From positions 8,060,001 through 8,124,000 of the forward strand of contig OZ024763.1 of assembly GCA_964016885.1 (NCBI GenBank): a stretch of DNA of 64,000 nt, in the 5' to 3' direction. Positions 40,197-54,709 of this stretch are shown one piece after another. Numbering within the stretch: the stretch's first letter is position 1; each line of letters opens with the position of its first letter. The position numbers and the translations under genes were made by a program. The stretch comes from Eledone cirrhosa. Taxonomy: Eukaryota. The notes under the pieces were generated by a model. The model searched no databases and was not told where the DNA came from. It saw only the letters and a list, made by a program, of their open reading frames with translations.

Positions 40197-41149
40197 ATCG
40201 ACCCCAGTGCACAACTGGTTCTTTACAGTGATGTAGCTGGAAAGGAAACCTTAACATGAGAGAGAGGTGCTGGTGGGGAGTCTATAACAAAGAAAGAAAA
40301 ACTACTGCATATATTTGTCTCTAAGTTTTCTGCCAGTAGATAAGTCACATCCCTATTTTATATATAACATTCTTGGCACAGCACTTGACTTCTTACAGTT
40401 TTGTAGACCCAGTAGATAAGTTGTATGCTGGCTTTCATTTCGTGTAGTCAGTTTTACTCTTTCTTTTCTTAGGAAGAGGGTGGGGCTTATACTTAAGAAT
40501 AGAGAAGACATGTACAGTATATTGTAATAAGTTGTGCTTGTAGCTAGCTAGCTAGATAGACTAACTTTAAATAGAGACTGTGAGGAGAGAGAGAGGACAT
40601 CCGTGGTGGAGGGAGTAGAATTAACAAGATGGTGCTATAATACTGATGTAATTTAGATAAAATAACTTAATGGAGAGAGAGGAAGTATATGACAAAACCA
40701 ACAAAATATAATACTGATGTTGTAGCTAGAAAAATAACTTAACCTTTTTGTTAGAAAACTCCCTGAAACTGACTGCTTTTATAATACAAAACCAACAGTT
40801 TTCATATTAAAATTTAAACCAATCAAAATTTTCATACAAGAACCTTTTGTTACCAAACTGCTTGGAAATTGCTCCAAGCTTTTAATCATACTAGTCTAAC
40901 TGTCTACATTAAAACATTCAACCATAATTTTATGTGAGAACCTTTTGTTAATGTTCCAAACATCTGCTTAACCCTTCTGATAAACTGCCTGAAAGTGCCC
41001 CTAATCTTATGCTACAAAACTGTTTATTTTGAAGTGTTTATATTTATATAAAACTTTCTATCATAATTTTATGCAAGAGAAACCTTTTTCTTAAATAATG
41101 TAAAAAGTTAGTTATATTACTAAATTCCTTAGAATCTTTTATTGTCAAA

Positions 41150-41588
41150 TTAACCCTTTAGTATTTAAACCAGCCAGAATTCTCTCATCTCTTTCTGTTC
41201 AAACTGGCCATAACTGCTCATACTTATGTTAAGGTATTGATTTCAAAATAAATATCAAAATCCCATAGATTCGATATTATGTGAGGTAAAGCCTTTACCA
41301 CAAATATACAATAGTATATATAGAGTAATGTAAATGTTATGTGAGGTAAAGCTTTTACCACAAATATACAATAGTATATATAGAGTAATGTAAATGCTAT
41401 GTGAGGTAAAGCCTTTACCACAAATATACAATAGTATATATAGAGTAATGTAAATGTTATGTGAGGTAAAGCCTTTACCACAAATATACAATAGTATATA
41501 TAGAGTAATGTAAATGTTATGTGAGGTAAAGCCTTTACCACAAATATACAATAGTATATATAGAGTAATGTAAATGCTAAAGGGTTAA
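41150..41588. mobile_element. PB1 MITE, five 60-bp internal units
   Basis: TIRs and TTAA present; 60-bp period at ~41277-41577. Confidence 0.88.
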
Positions 41589-43035
41589 ACCTTTATATTT
41601 TCATACAAGAATCTTTTGTTAAACTGCCTGAAATTGCTCCAGCTTTTTTGTCATGTATGCAAGTGTGTGTATGTATATATAACAACGTATGCATGTGTGT
41701 ATATGTATATAACATAACATTTATATAGCCAAGCAAATTGTCTGCAAGAGAGAAGTGTCAAAAGGAAGAGTAGGTGAAGAAGACAGAAGAAGTTACTTAA
41801 GTATATTGCACATGAAGATTAGTCTAGAAGTTTGTGGTGGTGTGTGTGGTGGTGGTGTGTGTGTTGTGGTGGTGGTAGGAAGACAGACCAGTGTGATAGT
41901 AATGGCCTATGGTGGTAGGAAGAGAGACTGTAGTGGTATAGTGATGGTAGAAGAGATAGTGTAGTGTTGGTGATAGTGGTGGCAGTATTACTGGTGTGGT
42001 ACAGTCTATAGTTGAAAGGAAGAGGTAGTCAAGACCATACCAGTGGTGGGGAGTGGTCTGGTGGTAGTTTATAGTGGGGGGGGGGGTAGCAACAGTAATA
42101 GTAGTAGTGGTGGGAGTAGTAGTAATGGTGGTGGTAGCAACAGTAGTAGTAGTGGTGATGGTGGTAGTAGTAGTAATGGTGGTGGTAGCAACAGTAGTAG
42201 TAGTAATGGTGGTGGTAGTAGACAGAATCCATATTCACAGATGTCTACTATCACATCTTTAACTGACTGACTAACTTACTGTAAACATCCACATAGCACA
42301 ACAACAACAACAGCCTCTTTACATCTATCCTACAAACCTTTAAATTTAACAACCACTTCCACAAAAATACCTACTCACACTACTACTACTGACCCCCTCT
42401 CCCCACTACTAACAACTACCACTACTACTACCACCACTAACACCACCACCACCACTAACAACTACTACCACTACTACTACTAACAACTACTACCACCACC
42501 ACTACTACCACTACCACCACCACCACCACCACCACCACTACCACCACCACTACTACCACTACCACCACCACCACTACTACCACTACCACCACCACCACTA
42601 CTACTACTACTACTACCACTACCACCACCACCACCACCACTACCACTACCACCACCACCACCACTACTACTACTACTACCACTACCACCCTAGGTGGAAT
42701 TGCAACAACTATTATTGTTAAATACAATTATTTCAACACAGGAAAACATTTTAAACACTATTATAATATACATTACTTTAACAAATATATTATATATAAG
42801 CTATTTTATACATACATTACTATAACACTATATATACTATATCATTATATATTAACTAAATTATATATACACATTACTATAACACTGTATATATACTTTA
42901 AATATATATATATTATAACACTTATATACACTAATGTTATCACTATTATATATATATTACTAAACTTTATATCTACACCTCTCTCATAAACTAAACATAC
43001 AATGTGTGTGTGTGTACATATACATACATACATAT

Positions 43036-43071
<36 letters not shown>

Positions 43072-43218
43072 CTACACACACATGCCAGCATATGGAAAAC
43101 AGGCACACACACCCACATATCTATCTATACCTATTCTTTTTTCCTCTTTAAATGTGAAACCAATAAGACTCATTGTTTTGCATGTGTTTTCCTTTGAACT
43201 CGAACCATACACACACAG

Positions 43219-43252
<34 letters not shown>

Positions 43253-44351
43253 CCACACACACACACACACACACACACCCACACACACACACACACACAC
43301 AGACCCACACACACACACACACACACACACAGACCCACACACACACACACAGACCCCCCCACACCCCCCCACACACAGACCCCCCCACACACACACATAT
43401 ACCCCCCCCCCCCCCCCCACACACACACACAGACCCCCCCACACACACACATACCCCCCCCCCCCCCACACACACACATACCCCCCCCCCCCACACACAC
43501 ACACACAGACCCACCCACTGGCAGCTTCTCTTTGCTGACATTTCAAATTGAGAAATCTCAACCTACTACACCTGTTTCTAAACAATCACACATGCTGTCT
43601 CTCTCTCTCTCACACACACACCCAACAATACAATATATATTCTCACACCCACTACACCTACACACACAACAATACAGTCTCAGACATAACAAAACCAGGT
43701 TGAGTGATGAGGAAAGCCATGCTTAAAGACCTCTCTCCCCCACCAAACAGTGACTGATACATAACATTTACCTAGTAGAACATAATGGATCCTCTTCACT
43801 TCCATGATGATCATTCATTTGTTCCATCAACTGAGCTTTCAGTGGTTGAGTATTTCCTGACATTTGTACATTATTCTATGTATTATACATGCACCTTTGA
43901 TGAGTTGTAGTGCACCTGAGCACTGTATACAATCATTTTCATTATCATAACATGACACTATATATATATATATATATATGACAAAGCTGGACCTTTGAAT
44001 AACAGAGTACAATACATCTGAAGGGCTTCCATGCAGTTTGCTGGCTCGGTTACCCAGTTCCACTCATTCATGGGGCTCAGGTCAACTTGAGACCATGATA
44101 AAGGGTCAAACCCTGTACCTAATGAATGTAAAGTGAACTTAACTCTGCCTGCAACCACCCCTCCATACCACATATACTATACTCACAATCTAAAAATACC
44201 ACTGCCACTATACTATACTATACTATACTAACATCTAAAACAGTTGCTACCACGCTCTATAAATATATTCTTCCAAGTTACAAAAGAGCTACAAAAGAGC
44301 TTCAAAAAAAAAAAAAAAAAAAAAAAAAAAATAATGTATTCCTACCACAAA

Positions 44352-44602
44352 TTAATACTTTTGGCACCAAACAACCTGAAACCAGTCACGGTTCAATGAT
44401 ACAAACCAGCTTATTGAAAGTGTTTAAACATATTTAAACCTGACAATTTTATGTAAGTATTTTGCTAAGATAGGCCCCAAACACCAGCTAATGAGAAGGT
44501 TATATTATTATTAAAGGCCTCAAAATCCTTGATTCTTTTGAAAAATGATTTGAAAAGCATAGGGCAATGTCTTTCATTAGAGATATGGTAACAAAAGGGT
44601 TC
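44352..44602. mobile_element. Third, older piggyBac-like MITE family; fragments also at ~38100-38280 and ~40740-41150
   Basis: Shared ccaaacaccagct...gttatatta and atatggtaacaaaagggtt motifs. Confidence 0.5.
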
Positions 44603-44891
44603 ATACTAACCAGTGCTACAACAAATTTTATCCATTATGCAAACATCACTAACCTGCGTTAATTTATATATATACAAACATATATATATACACACACACA
44701 ATTGTAGATAAACCCCAGTTCTTTTACTAGAAAAAGTCCAGCATGAAAAGCCACAAAACACTTATCTACCAAACATTGTTCTGGGATTGAAATGTTAAAT
44801 AAAGAAGCCAAAATATTCTAAACACAAAATCACAAACTGGAAGTGCTACCCTATATATATATATTACATATATATTTGGAAATTATGATCG

Positions 44892-44939
<48 letters not shown>

Positions 44940-45472
44940 CATACATACATATTTATATACACATATATTTGGAAATTATGATCGATGCCAAGAAGTTGCA
45001 TGAAGCACCACAAAACAATTTATCTGGGGGAGTCTAGTAAACAATTCCATTTTGAAAGGGCTGAGAACAAAAAGGTTTAGACAACTGCGTGGAATTCTGA
45101 CAGAATATTAACATGACAAATGAATACCCAAGAGAGAGAGAGAGCCTATCGTCATTTAACATCCGTTTTCACAGCTACATACATTATATATACACATATA
45201 CATACAGCCACTTAATGTGTGCATGTGTATATATATATATATATATATACATACATACATACACACACACACATATACCGACACATATATACACATGCGT
45301 GGAGAGAAAGAGAAAGAGAGAGATATGTATATATGTGTGTGTGTGAGTATGTTGGTGGCCTTGTTAAGTGGAACAGAACCCACCCTATCCCAAACCAGCA
45401 ACAAGATGTAGGGGTTACTACATATAAAATGGATAGCAAGGTGGGGGACCATGTTAAACTGACAAAGCTGGG

Positions 45473-45503
<31 letters not shown>

Positions 45504-45784
45504 GAAAGAGAGACTGAGAATGTGTGTGTGTAAGAGTAACATGCCAAATGCCAGGCCTTTTTTTTTTATAAAGTCTGTGTGTGGGGCTATATTTATATTT
45601 TTTTTTTCGTTCTTTCTTTGATTTTTATAAATAGAATTTCAAAAGTCTTCAACAAGTATTTGGCCAGCAAAAATTCCTCCGTCCCTTTTCTTGCTTTCAA
45701 CAGAGTTAAATTGTTCTTCCATTACTAAACTGGAACCAACGACCAGCTAGCTATGACACTCAACACAGATACATACACACATTC

Positions 45785-45836
<52 letters not shown>

Positions 45837-46200
45837 GTAAGTACATGTATGAAGAGAGAGAGAGAGAAACTACAGTGAAAAATGTTCACTAATCTTATCT
45901 GAGTTTTATATAAACTTTTTATAAACACACACACAAGCACGCATTGGCATATACTCACTTTGTGGACCAGTGTATATATATATATTTTTGTATATGTATA
46001 TGTATATACACACACATATATATATACACACACACACATATATATATACACATACTAAATACATATATATACATACATATCGTGATAAATACAGTGTCGT
46101 TTGACACTTCATGTATCCACAGATTATCCCTATATACATTATGCATGTATGTATATATGTATATATAATATGTATGCATATCTGTGTGCATGGATATGTA

Positions 46201-46261
<61 letters not shown>

Positions 46262-46440
46262 ATTATGTATGCATATTTACCTGGGTATGTGCTATATATA
46301 TATATATATATATTTATATTATGTATGCATATCTGTGTGGGTGTATATATCTGTATACACACACGTATATATACATATATTGGGATGCACACTGAGAAGA
46401 AGAACAACAATCTCTGTCTAAGAAAAGTTATGTGGTAACA

Positions 46441-47196
46441 TTAATCCTCTGGGGTATAAGCCTCAGGCATGGATACAATAAACCGCGGCTCGCTGTCAAT
46501 ACTGTAAACCCGTTTCTTCTGCTCGGATAGGGAAGGTGTCTCCGACTTACAGCTCCAGTGGTAAACAATCTCCTGGTCGCTGGGTAAGGTGATCTGGAAC
46601 AGCTCTTCCTTGTAGGCGTTCGATAGGTACCTCCAAACTCCGGTCATCGTGGAAGGGATGTGAAAATCTTTGAAGGCCAAAGCAGCCACTCGTATGTGCT
46701 GTAGCTTGGGCAACATTAGACAGTCAAGGTGGGTGAGCTTGTCTCCGCAGAGGAATTTCGTTTTGTTGTCGTTCATGTGGTCGCTGACGCGCCACAGCTC
46801 GGTGATGAGGTGGTCTGGAGTGTTGCTTACCTGTTTAATGTAGTGAGCAAACCTGGAGAAAACGTCCAGGCACACCGTGTGAGCTCTTTCGTCTTGATAC
46901 GACAGGTCGGGCTCCGGGAAGTTCTTGTCGATGTACTGGATGATTTCTTCGTTCTCTGTCAGCACCTCATCACCGTGTTTTAGGACGGGCAGTCGGTTGG
47001 CAAGCTTGCGATACTCTGCCGGTGGACGGCCAGGATCAATCACTACAACTTCGAACAGCCTGCCGTCATATTCCTGCTCCTTTAGAGCCAGTATCATATG
47101 GATCTGCTGACAGAAAGGGCAGGCACCGAAACCTTTGCCACTCTGCCCGGCCTTCACATAAAGGGTCAGCTCAGGTTCTGGGTTTGTGTGGTTCAT
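46441..47196 (-). CDS. CLIC: Chloride intracellular channel protein (CLIC/EXC-4-like, GST fold), 251 aa, uninterrupted CDS
   Basis: LTLYVKAG..G...GACPFCQ N-terminus, cis-Pro-type LPVL motif, FLCGDKLTHLDCLMLPKLQHIRV and TGVWRYLSNAY..E.F..T.PSDQEI motifs of the CLIC family; ATG 47194-47196, TAA 46441-46443. Confidence 0.96.
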   Translation of the reverse strand: MNHTNPEPELTLYVKAGQSGKGFGACPFCQQIHMILALKEQEYDGRLFEVVVIDPGRPPAEYRKLANRLPVLKHGDEVLTENEEIIQYIDKNFPEPDLSYQDERAHTVCLDVFSRFAHYIKQVSNTPDHLITELWRVSDHMNDNKTKFLCGDKLTHLDCLMLPKLQHIRVAALAFKDFHIPSTMTGVWRYLSNAYKEELFQITLPSDQEIVYHWSCKSETPSLSEQKKRVYSIDSEPRFIVSMPEAYTPED

Positions 47197-47486
47197 TTCT
47201 GTCTGTGAATTACGCAGCAGCAGTTGTAGTAGTAGTAGCAGCAGTAATCGTCAGACAGACACAGCAATGAAGCAGGTTGTGTTTGAAGCAGTGACGATTG
47301 TATATATGTTTAGAGAGAGAGAGATAGAGCAGTAGTAGTAGGCTATAGAGTATTAAGTGGTGGCAACACGACGGCGGTGGTGGTGGTGGTGGCAGTAGCT
47401 GTAGTTGTAGTGGTGGTGGTGGTAGTATGACAAGTAGAAAGATTCAGGTCTTATGTGTCTGAGAACAGTTTTAGTTCAGGAACAAC
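47197..47486 (-). other. Probable 5' UTR portion of the CLIC coding exon
   Basis: Strong minus-strand acceptor ttttctctgctccacag|GTTG at 47487-47488, 290 nt upstream of the ATG. Confidence 0.6.
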
Positions 47487-48202
47487 CTGTGGAGCAGAGA
47501 AAATCCAAATCAATCAGTCTTTCCTTAGTAACCTGTCTATAGTAATACTATAGCATTACTGTAGTAATACTATATACTATTACTAGAACATTACTATGGC
47601 AATACTATAGCATTACTATATAGTATTACTGGAATATATTTACTACGGCAATACTATAAGTATTACTGTAGTAAACAGCACATTCAACAACAGCACCAAA
47701 ACAACAGACACCACCACACTGTACTAGTGCCAACACCTATATAACTTGGTAAACTACACAACATGGGGACAACACCCTACACAGACCTAACCCCTACACA
47801 GCTAGGGCACAACACCCTACACAGCTTGGGCACAACATAATGTACATTATTGAGGCAGGAACAATCCTCACAACTGAAATTATCAGTTACTTCACACACA
47901 CTAAACCTTACAAGTTTTTAACTTCTTCCGAAGAACTTCACACAGCTTTCACATAACCACAACCCCCAGACCCACCCACCACCACCCACACACTACGTTC
48001 ACATAACCACAACCTCCAGACCCACCCACCACCACCCAAACACTACGTTCACATAACTACAACCCCCAGACCCACCCACCACCACCCACATAACTACAAC
48101 CCCCATTCTCCCACAACCAACCACCACCTTCCTCTGGTTCAGAAAATACTTCAGATCACAACAGTTGTTCCATAAGATATACACACACATGCAAGTGTAT
48201 TT

Positions 48203-48235
<33 letters not shown>

Positions 48236-48237
<2 letters not shown>

Positions 48238-48958
48238 CGTGGCCTGGGCATTATGGTCAGCAGCAATTTGCATTGGACAAAGCGCGTCTCTAAAATTGTC
48301 AAGAAGGCCGAGGGTGTCTTAGCATCACTCAGCAAGACCTATGCCAGTCATTCTCCAGCTATCTATTTAAAGCTGTATATAGCTATGGTGCGGCCACACT
48401 TAGAATTTGTATCACCAGTCTGGAACCCCTATCTTGCTCAGAACATTGACTACCTGGAAATTATTCAGATGTGCAACCAAGTGAATACCCTCCATCAGGC
48501 ATCTACCATACTATGAATTCCTTGCTTCCCTGGGCATGGATACATTGAAGCTCCGACGTCTGGCAACTGACCCACAAAATTATTAACCATCTTGCCAACA
48601 ACAACCCTGAGTACCCTTTTCATTTCCATGTGTCTAACACACGTGACAAAGTCAGAAAACAGCACAGTTCCCATGACTTTCGGAAACATTTTTTCACGCT
48701 CAGAGTTGCTGAAGCATGGAACAAACTACCTGCATCAGTTGTTAGCTGTCGAGACACTCCATCCTTTAAAACCTCCATGCTTCCCGAGATTCGCCAACAC
48801 TACCCCTAATATTCCCCCTCCATACACACGCACACATGTATATCATGACTCATACACTGTTCACTTCGCTGACATTTGTATATTATTCTATGTACTATCA
48901 CCTTTGATGAGTTGCAGTGCATCTGAGCACTGTACACAATAATTTCATTATTATTATA
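48236..48958 (+). mobile_element. CR1/L2-type LINE 3' remnant; tail-only copies ~5570-5665, 43845-43950, 62600-62660
   Basis: LGIMVSSNLHW...LYIAMVRPHLEFVSPVWNPYL...IDYLE, frameshifts, (ATT)n tail. Confidence 0.88.
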
Positions 48959-49001
48959 TATATATTTACACACATACAAGTGTATTTAAATATATATACA
49001 T

Positions 49002-49034
<33 letters not shown>

Positions 49035-49059
49035 CAAGTGTATTTAAATATATATACAT

Positions 49060-49096
<37 letters not shown>

Positions 49097-49365
49097 TGTA
49101 TTTAAATATATATACATACATACAAATGTATATAAATATATACTACAGTGTTTACTGGGTCTCTTGGTTCTGATGTCAAGTGTTCTAACAGAACAATGGG
49201 ACAGCCAGCTATGGAAGAAATGTGCAAGTGGCTGAGCATTCCAGACATGTACCCTTAATGCAATTCTCAGGGAGATTCAGCATAATAGTGTCATAAGGCT
49301 GGCTGGCCCTTTGAATTACGGTACAACTCATTTTGGCCAGTGAAGCAGATTGGAGCAATGTGATA

Positions 49366-49581
49366 TTAACTCTTTAGTATTTAAACCAGCCATATCTGAC
49401 AAGAATTCTCTCACCTCTTTCTGTTCAAACCGGTTGTAACTGGCCACTCATATTGATGTCAAGGTATTATTCTCAAAATGAGTACTATCAAAATCTCATA
49501 GATTTTATATTATGTGAGGTAAAGCCTTTACCATGAAAATACAATAGTATATATAGAGTAATGTTAATGCTTAAGGGTTGA
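49366..49581. mobile_element. PB1 MITE inserted at a TTAA inside a family D SINE (~49160-49660, minus)
   Basis: SINE sequence ggagcaatgtgatattaa | agtactttgccc resumes after the MITE. Confidence 0.8.
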
Positions 49582-52418
49582 AGTACTTTGCCCTATAACA
49601 ATGTACCACTGGGAGTACAAACTCAAGAACACCCTAACCATTAAGCCACTCATCTTCACCCTACAGTACAGCTCATACACAACACACAAGGTCTATTGAG
49701 TCAGGAGACAATATTTACAAAGCTACACCTAATGAAAAGCTAGGCAGTTAACCTTTAACATGCTCTAGTCAACTTATGTCACCAACAGAGTAACCTCCCC
49801 TGAATACATAATGCCATGCCAAGGGGAAACAATTCATAAATATCTCTAGCATGCCAAAGGTTAATTTACGATAAGAGATCCACTGTCAAGTTGTGCCCCC
49901 CCCCCTCTTTCTGCCACTATTAAGATGGTCTCTGCTCCTCAGATAAATCACTGTTACAACACCACCAGATACCAACATAAACAATACCATTTGATTCTGC
50001 CACTACATTCTCTCCCTCTCTGTGGCTGCTTGGGTTATTGCTTTGACCAGTCCAAACTAAACATTAGCTCTAATGTTGGACCACCATCAGTTACCACGAC
50101 GACTGTTCCAGTTGATTTGATCTGAACAGTTCAAACTAAACATTAGCTATAATTGTTTCTGATTTAGGCACAAGGTCAGCAATTAAATTGACCCCAGTGC
50201 ATTACTGGTACTTTATTTTAACGACCCCAATATGATGAAAAGTAAAGCTAACCTCGGCAGAATTTGAACTCGGAACATAAAGGGCCATAACTGGTGCAAA
50301 GCATGGTATTCACCGCTCTACTGATACTGCCACTGGACCACTGTTATCACTTACCACAAGTGTTCCAGTTGGCTTGATTTCAACAGTTCAAACTAAACAT
50401 TAGCTAGAATGTTGGACAACCATTGTCAATGTCCACGAGTGTTCCAGTTGATACAATCAACAAAAGAATCTGCTCATCAACTTTTCCATGTTGGCATGGG
50501 TTTAGACAGGACTTTCAGGAAACAATGTTTTTACAGCCAGATGGCCCTCCTGACACCAACCCTTTTTAGCCCAACCGGTGTACCTATTCTAAAACTGGAT
50601 GTGAAACTAAACTGCAAGTGGGTGGAGCATTTCACAGACACATGAGGAGAGATCCAGCATGACAGTAGAACAACAAGACAGGTGATTTAAATTACAGGTA
50701 CAACTCATTTTCTACAACAGAGTGGACTGGAAGAAAATGAAGAAAAAGTGCCTTGCTCAAGGACACAATGCACTGTCAAGATTCGAGCCAAACACCCTCA
50801 CCACTGAGTTACACAGCTTCACCTTTATCAACACTAACCTCATCACCTTTACTCAAATGTAAGCCTGTCTAAATAATTATTTCTTATTTAGGCACAAGGC
50901 CGGCAATTTTGGGTGAAGGGAAAGTCGATTAAGTCGACTCCAGTGTATTACTGGTACTTTCGACCCCGTAAGGATGAAAGGCAAAGTTGACCTCGGCAGG
51001 ATTTGAACTCAAGCCTGACTAAATAATACAAAGCAAAGAAAGCTATGGGTGGGGGCTTTCCTTTTGCCGACTAACAACTCTTTTGCAATCATATTTTAAT
51101 TGAAAAGCAATTTCAATTAATTAATGAAGAATTTTGAAGAGGGATTTACAAAAATCATTAATCATTTCTTTACTAAATTAGAAACTTAACACATGGTTCT
51201 TGTATAAAATCATCTTGGAAGATTTTAATGTAAATAGGAACCCTTTAAAATGGGAGGGGTTTTTCAGAGAACCAGAACTGTTCTTTTGTGTTTTTTGTCT
51301 GGTTGATACCAAAAGTGTTAATAGACTGTAGTAGTAGTAGTAGTAGTAATAGTAATAGTAGTAGTAGTAGTAGTAGTAGTAATAGTAGCAGTAGTAGCAA
51401 TAGTAGTAGTAACAGTAGCAGTAGTAATAGTAGCAGTAGTAGTAGTAATAGTAGCAGTAGTAGTAGTAATAGTAGCAGTAGTAGTAGTAATAGTAGCAGT
51501 AGTAGTAGTAGAAGCAACAGATGGTGGAATATATTAATTCCATTGCAACAGTTAACATCAAATTATTGTTAGCACTATATAATTGATTAATAACAATTAA
51601 TATTAGTAATAAGTGTTTCTACTTTTGGCACAAGGCCAGCAACTTTTCTGAGGGGAATTATATAAACCCCAATGCATGACTGGTACTGTATTCTATTGAT
51701 CCCAGAAGGATAAAAAGTAAAGTTGACTTTGGTGGGATCCGAACTCAGAATGTACAGACCCAAAGCAAATATTGTAAAGCATTTTGTCCTCTGATTTAAT
51801 TAGCATTAATAATTAATATTATTATTAACAATAATTATAATCTATTGCCACAAGGACAATGAGAGACATTACAAGAATAAATTAGAAAATAAAAGAAAAA
51901 GGCAGAAATTTTACAAATATAACTAGTATATAGGTAGAAGACCACACTTTTGGTGGAAGGGTAGCAGTTCATTAAATCAACTCCTGTATATAACTGGTAC
52001 CCTTTTTATTTATTTATTCTAGAAAGAACAAACAACTAAGTCAACAGAAACACAATTTAAACATTATAGCAGTTAACACTTTCATATATTTCAAATGAAA
52101 AGACATTGCCTATAACTTTAAATTCCTTTTGAAAATGATTAAGAATTAGGAGAGATTTAGTAAAATAACTTTCTCATTAAGCTCGTGTTTAGAAGACAAT
52201 TCTTTCATTGCTATATTTCTATGATTTTCAAAAGGAATTTATATTCTATATTTTGAAAATAATCAAGAATTTAACAATATAACTTTCTCATTACAGGAAA
52301 CAGCACTGACCTAGGTGTAGAGTCTGTCACCCTCTCCTCTCCTCCTTACTCTTCCCTTCTTTTTCCTCTCATTTATAGCATTTATAGTCCTTTCTAATAC
52401 TCTCTTTTTTCTGCATGT

Positions 52419-53829
52419 TTAACCCTTTATCATTTAAACCAGCCATATCCAGCCAGAATTCTAAGATAAAGCCTTTACTGCAAAAATACAATAGTATATA
52501 TAGAGTAGTGTAAATGTTAAAGGGTTAACCAATTTATAGTTGTATCAACAATAAATTGAAATTTCACTAAATAAACACAACTATCACTTCAATTACGATA
52601 ACGAGTGTTCCAGTTGATACAATCAACAGAACAACCTGCTCGTGTACTTAACGTGCAAGTGACTGAGCATTCCACAAACATGCATGCCCTTATCATTTAA
52701 ACCAGCCATATCCAGCCAGAATTCTCTCACCTCTTTCTGTTCAAACCAGCTATAACCAGCTGCTCATACTGACCTTAAGGTATTGTTAACAAAATAAATA
52801 TCAAAATCTCGTAGATTCGATATTATTTGAGATAATAATGTAAGATAAAGCCTTTACTGCAAAAATACAATAGTATATATAGAGTAGTGTAAATGTTAAA
52901 GGGTTAACCAATTTATAGTTGTATCAACAATAAATTGAAATTTCACTAAATAAACACAACTATCACTTCAATTACGATAACGAGTGTTCCAGTTGATACA
53001 ATCAACAGAACAACCTGCTCGTGTACTTAACGTGCAAGTGACTGAGCATTCCACAAACATGCATGCCCTTATCATTTAAACCAGCCATATCCAGCCAGAA
53101 TTCTCTCACCTCTTTCTGTTCAAACCAGCTATAACCAGCTGCTCATACTGACCTTAAGGTATTGTTAACAAAATAAATATCAAAATCTCGTAGATTCGAT
53201 ATTATTTGAGATAATAATGTAAGATAAAGCCTTTACTGCAAAAATACAATAGTATATATAGAGTAGTGTAAATGTTAAAGGGTTAACCAATTTATAGTTG
53301 TATCAACAATAAATTGAAATTTCACTAAATAAACACAACTATCACTTCAATTACGATAACGAGTGTTCCAGTTGATACAATCAACAGAACAACCTGCTCG
53401 TGTACTTAACGTGCAAGTGACTGAGCATTCCACAAACATGCATGCCCTTATCATTTAAACCAGCCATATCCAGCCAGAATTCTCTCACCTCTTTCTGTTC
53501 AAACCAGCTATAACCAGCTGCTCATACTGACCTTAAGGTATTGTTAACAAAATAAATATCAAAATCTCGTAGATTCGATATTATTTGAGATAATAATGTA
53601 AGATAAAGCCTTTACTGCAAAAATACAATAGTATATATAGAGTAGTGTAAATGTTAAAGGGTTAACCAATTTATAGTTGTATCAACAATAAATTGAAATT
53701 TCACTAAATAAACACAACTATCACTTCAATTACGATAACGAGTGTTCCAGTTGATACAATCAACAGAACAACCTGCTCGTGTACTTAACGTGCAAGTGGC
53801 TGAGCATTCCACAAACACGCATGCCCTTA
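52419..53829. repeat. 379-bp tandem repeat (~3.6 copies) of PB1 MITE + spacer + SINE D fragment
   Basis: taagataaagcc recurs at 52462, 52841, 53220, 53599. Confidence 0.92.
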
Positions 53830-54215
53830 ACGTAGTTCTCCCACGGGAGTGAGATCTGCCAGTTGGAATGGCTATTTCAACATGTCTCCCTCACTATCCT
53901 ACAAGGCAATACCCTCTCCATTCTGCCTGCTGGGACCACGAGGTAGCTTATGCCTGGGTGGTTCTGTACGCAAGACATCCTTCTCCCTCAGGGCCCTCAC
54001 TTGTAACATTGAGTGCAAGGGAGATCGTGTGTGTGTGTGGGGGGGGGGGGGGGGGTGTCAACCTTAATGAACAGAAACAGTAGGGATATCCAGAGGTTGA
54101 TTGAGGAGTCAGGACTGTCTGTCTTTCTGTTGTTTTCCCCCATTGTCTTTGTCCTGTGTGCATTTCGAATTTATATTCTAAAGACTTAAGCATGTAGGCT
54201 CTTTTTGAAACAATC

Positions 54216-54256
<41 letters not shown>

Positions 54257-54381
54257 CCATTTACGTGCATTGTATTGCAGCAAATAATTGTGTCTACTCT
54301 GGTATTTTTACATAACCTTACCTATTGAGTACGCTGAGATGTAACCAGTACTAGCAGTGGATCTAATGGTAGTTCTGTCAA

Positions 54382-54441
<60 letters not shown>

Positions 54442-54657
54442 ACACACACTTCTGTACAAACGAGACTCGGTCTCCCGACCAATCCCGCGTTAAATGGAAC
54501 AAAACCATCTAGCCCATGTTGATGGAAGATGGACGTTAAACAATGATATATATATATATCATCATCATCATTTTACATCCGCTTTTCCCTGCTTGCAAGG
54601 GGGGATGGGTCCTATTTAGTACAGCATCTCTCCATTCGTCACTGTCCTTTCTCATCT

Positions 54658-54709
<52 letters not shown>

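Noticed and set aside
46729-47270. Plus-strand ORFs overlapping CLIC
   Set aside because: Antisense shadows of a GC-richer CDS with no recognisable motifs
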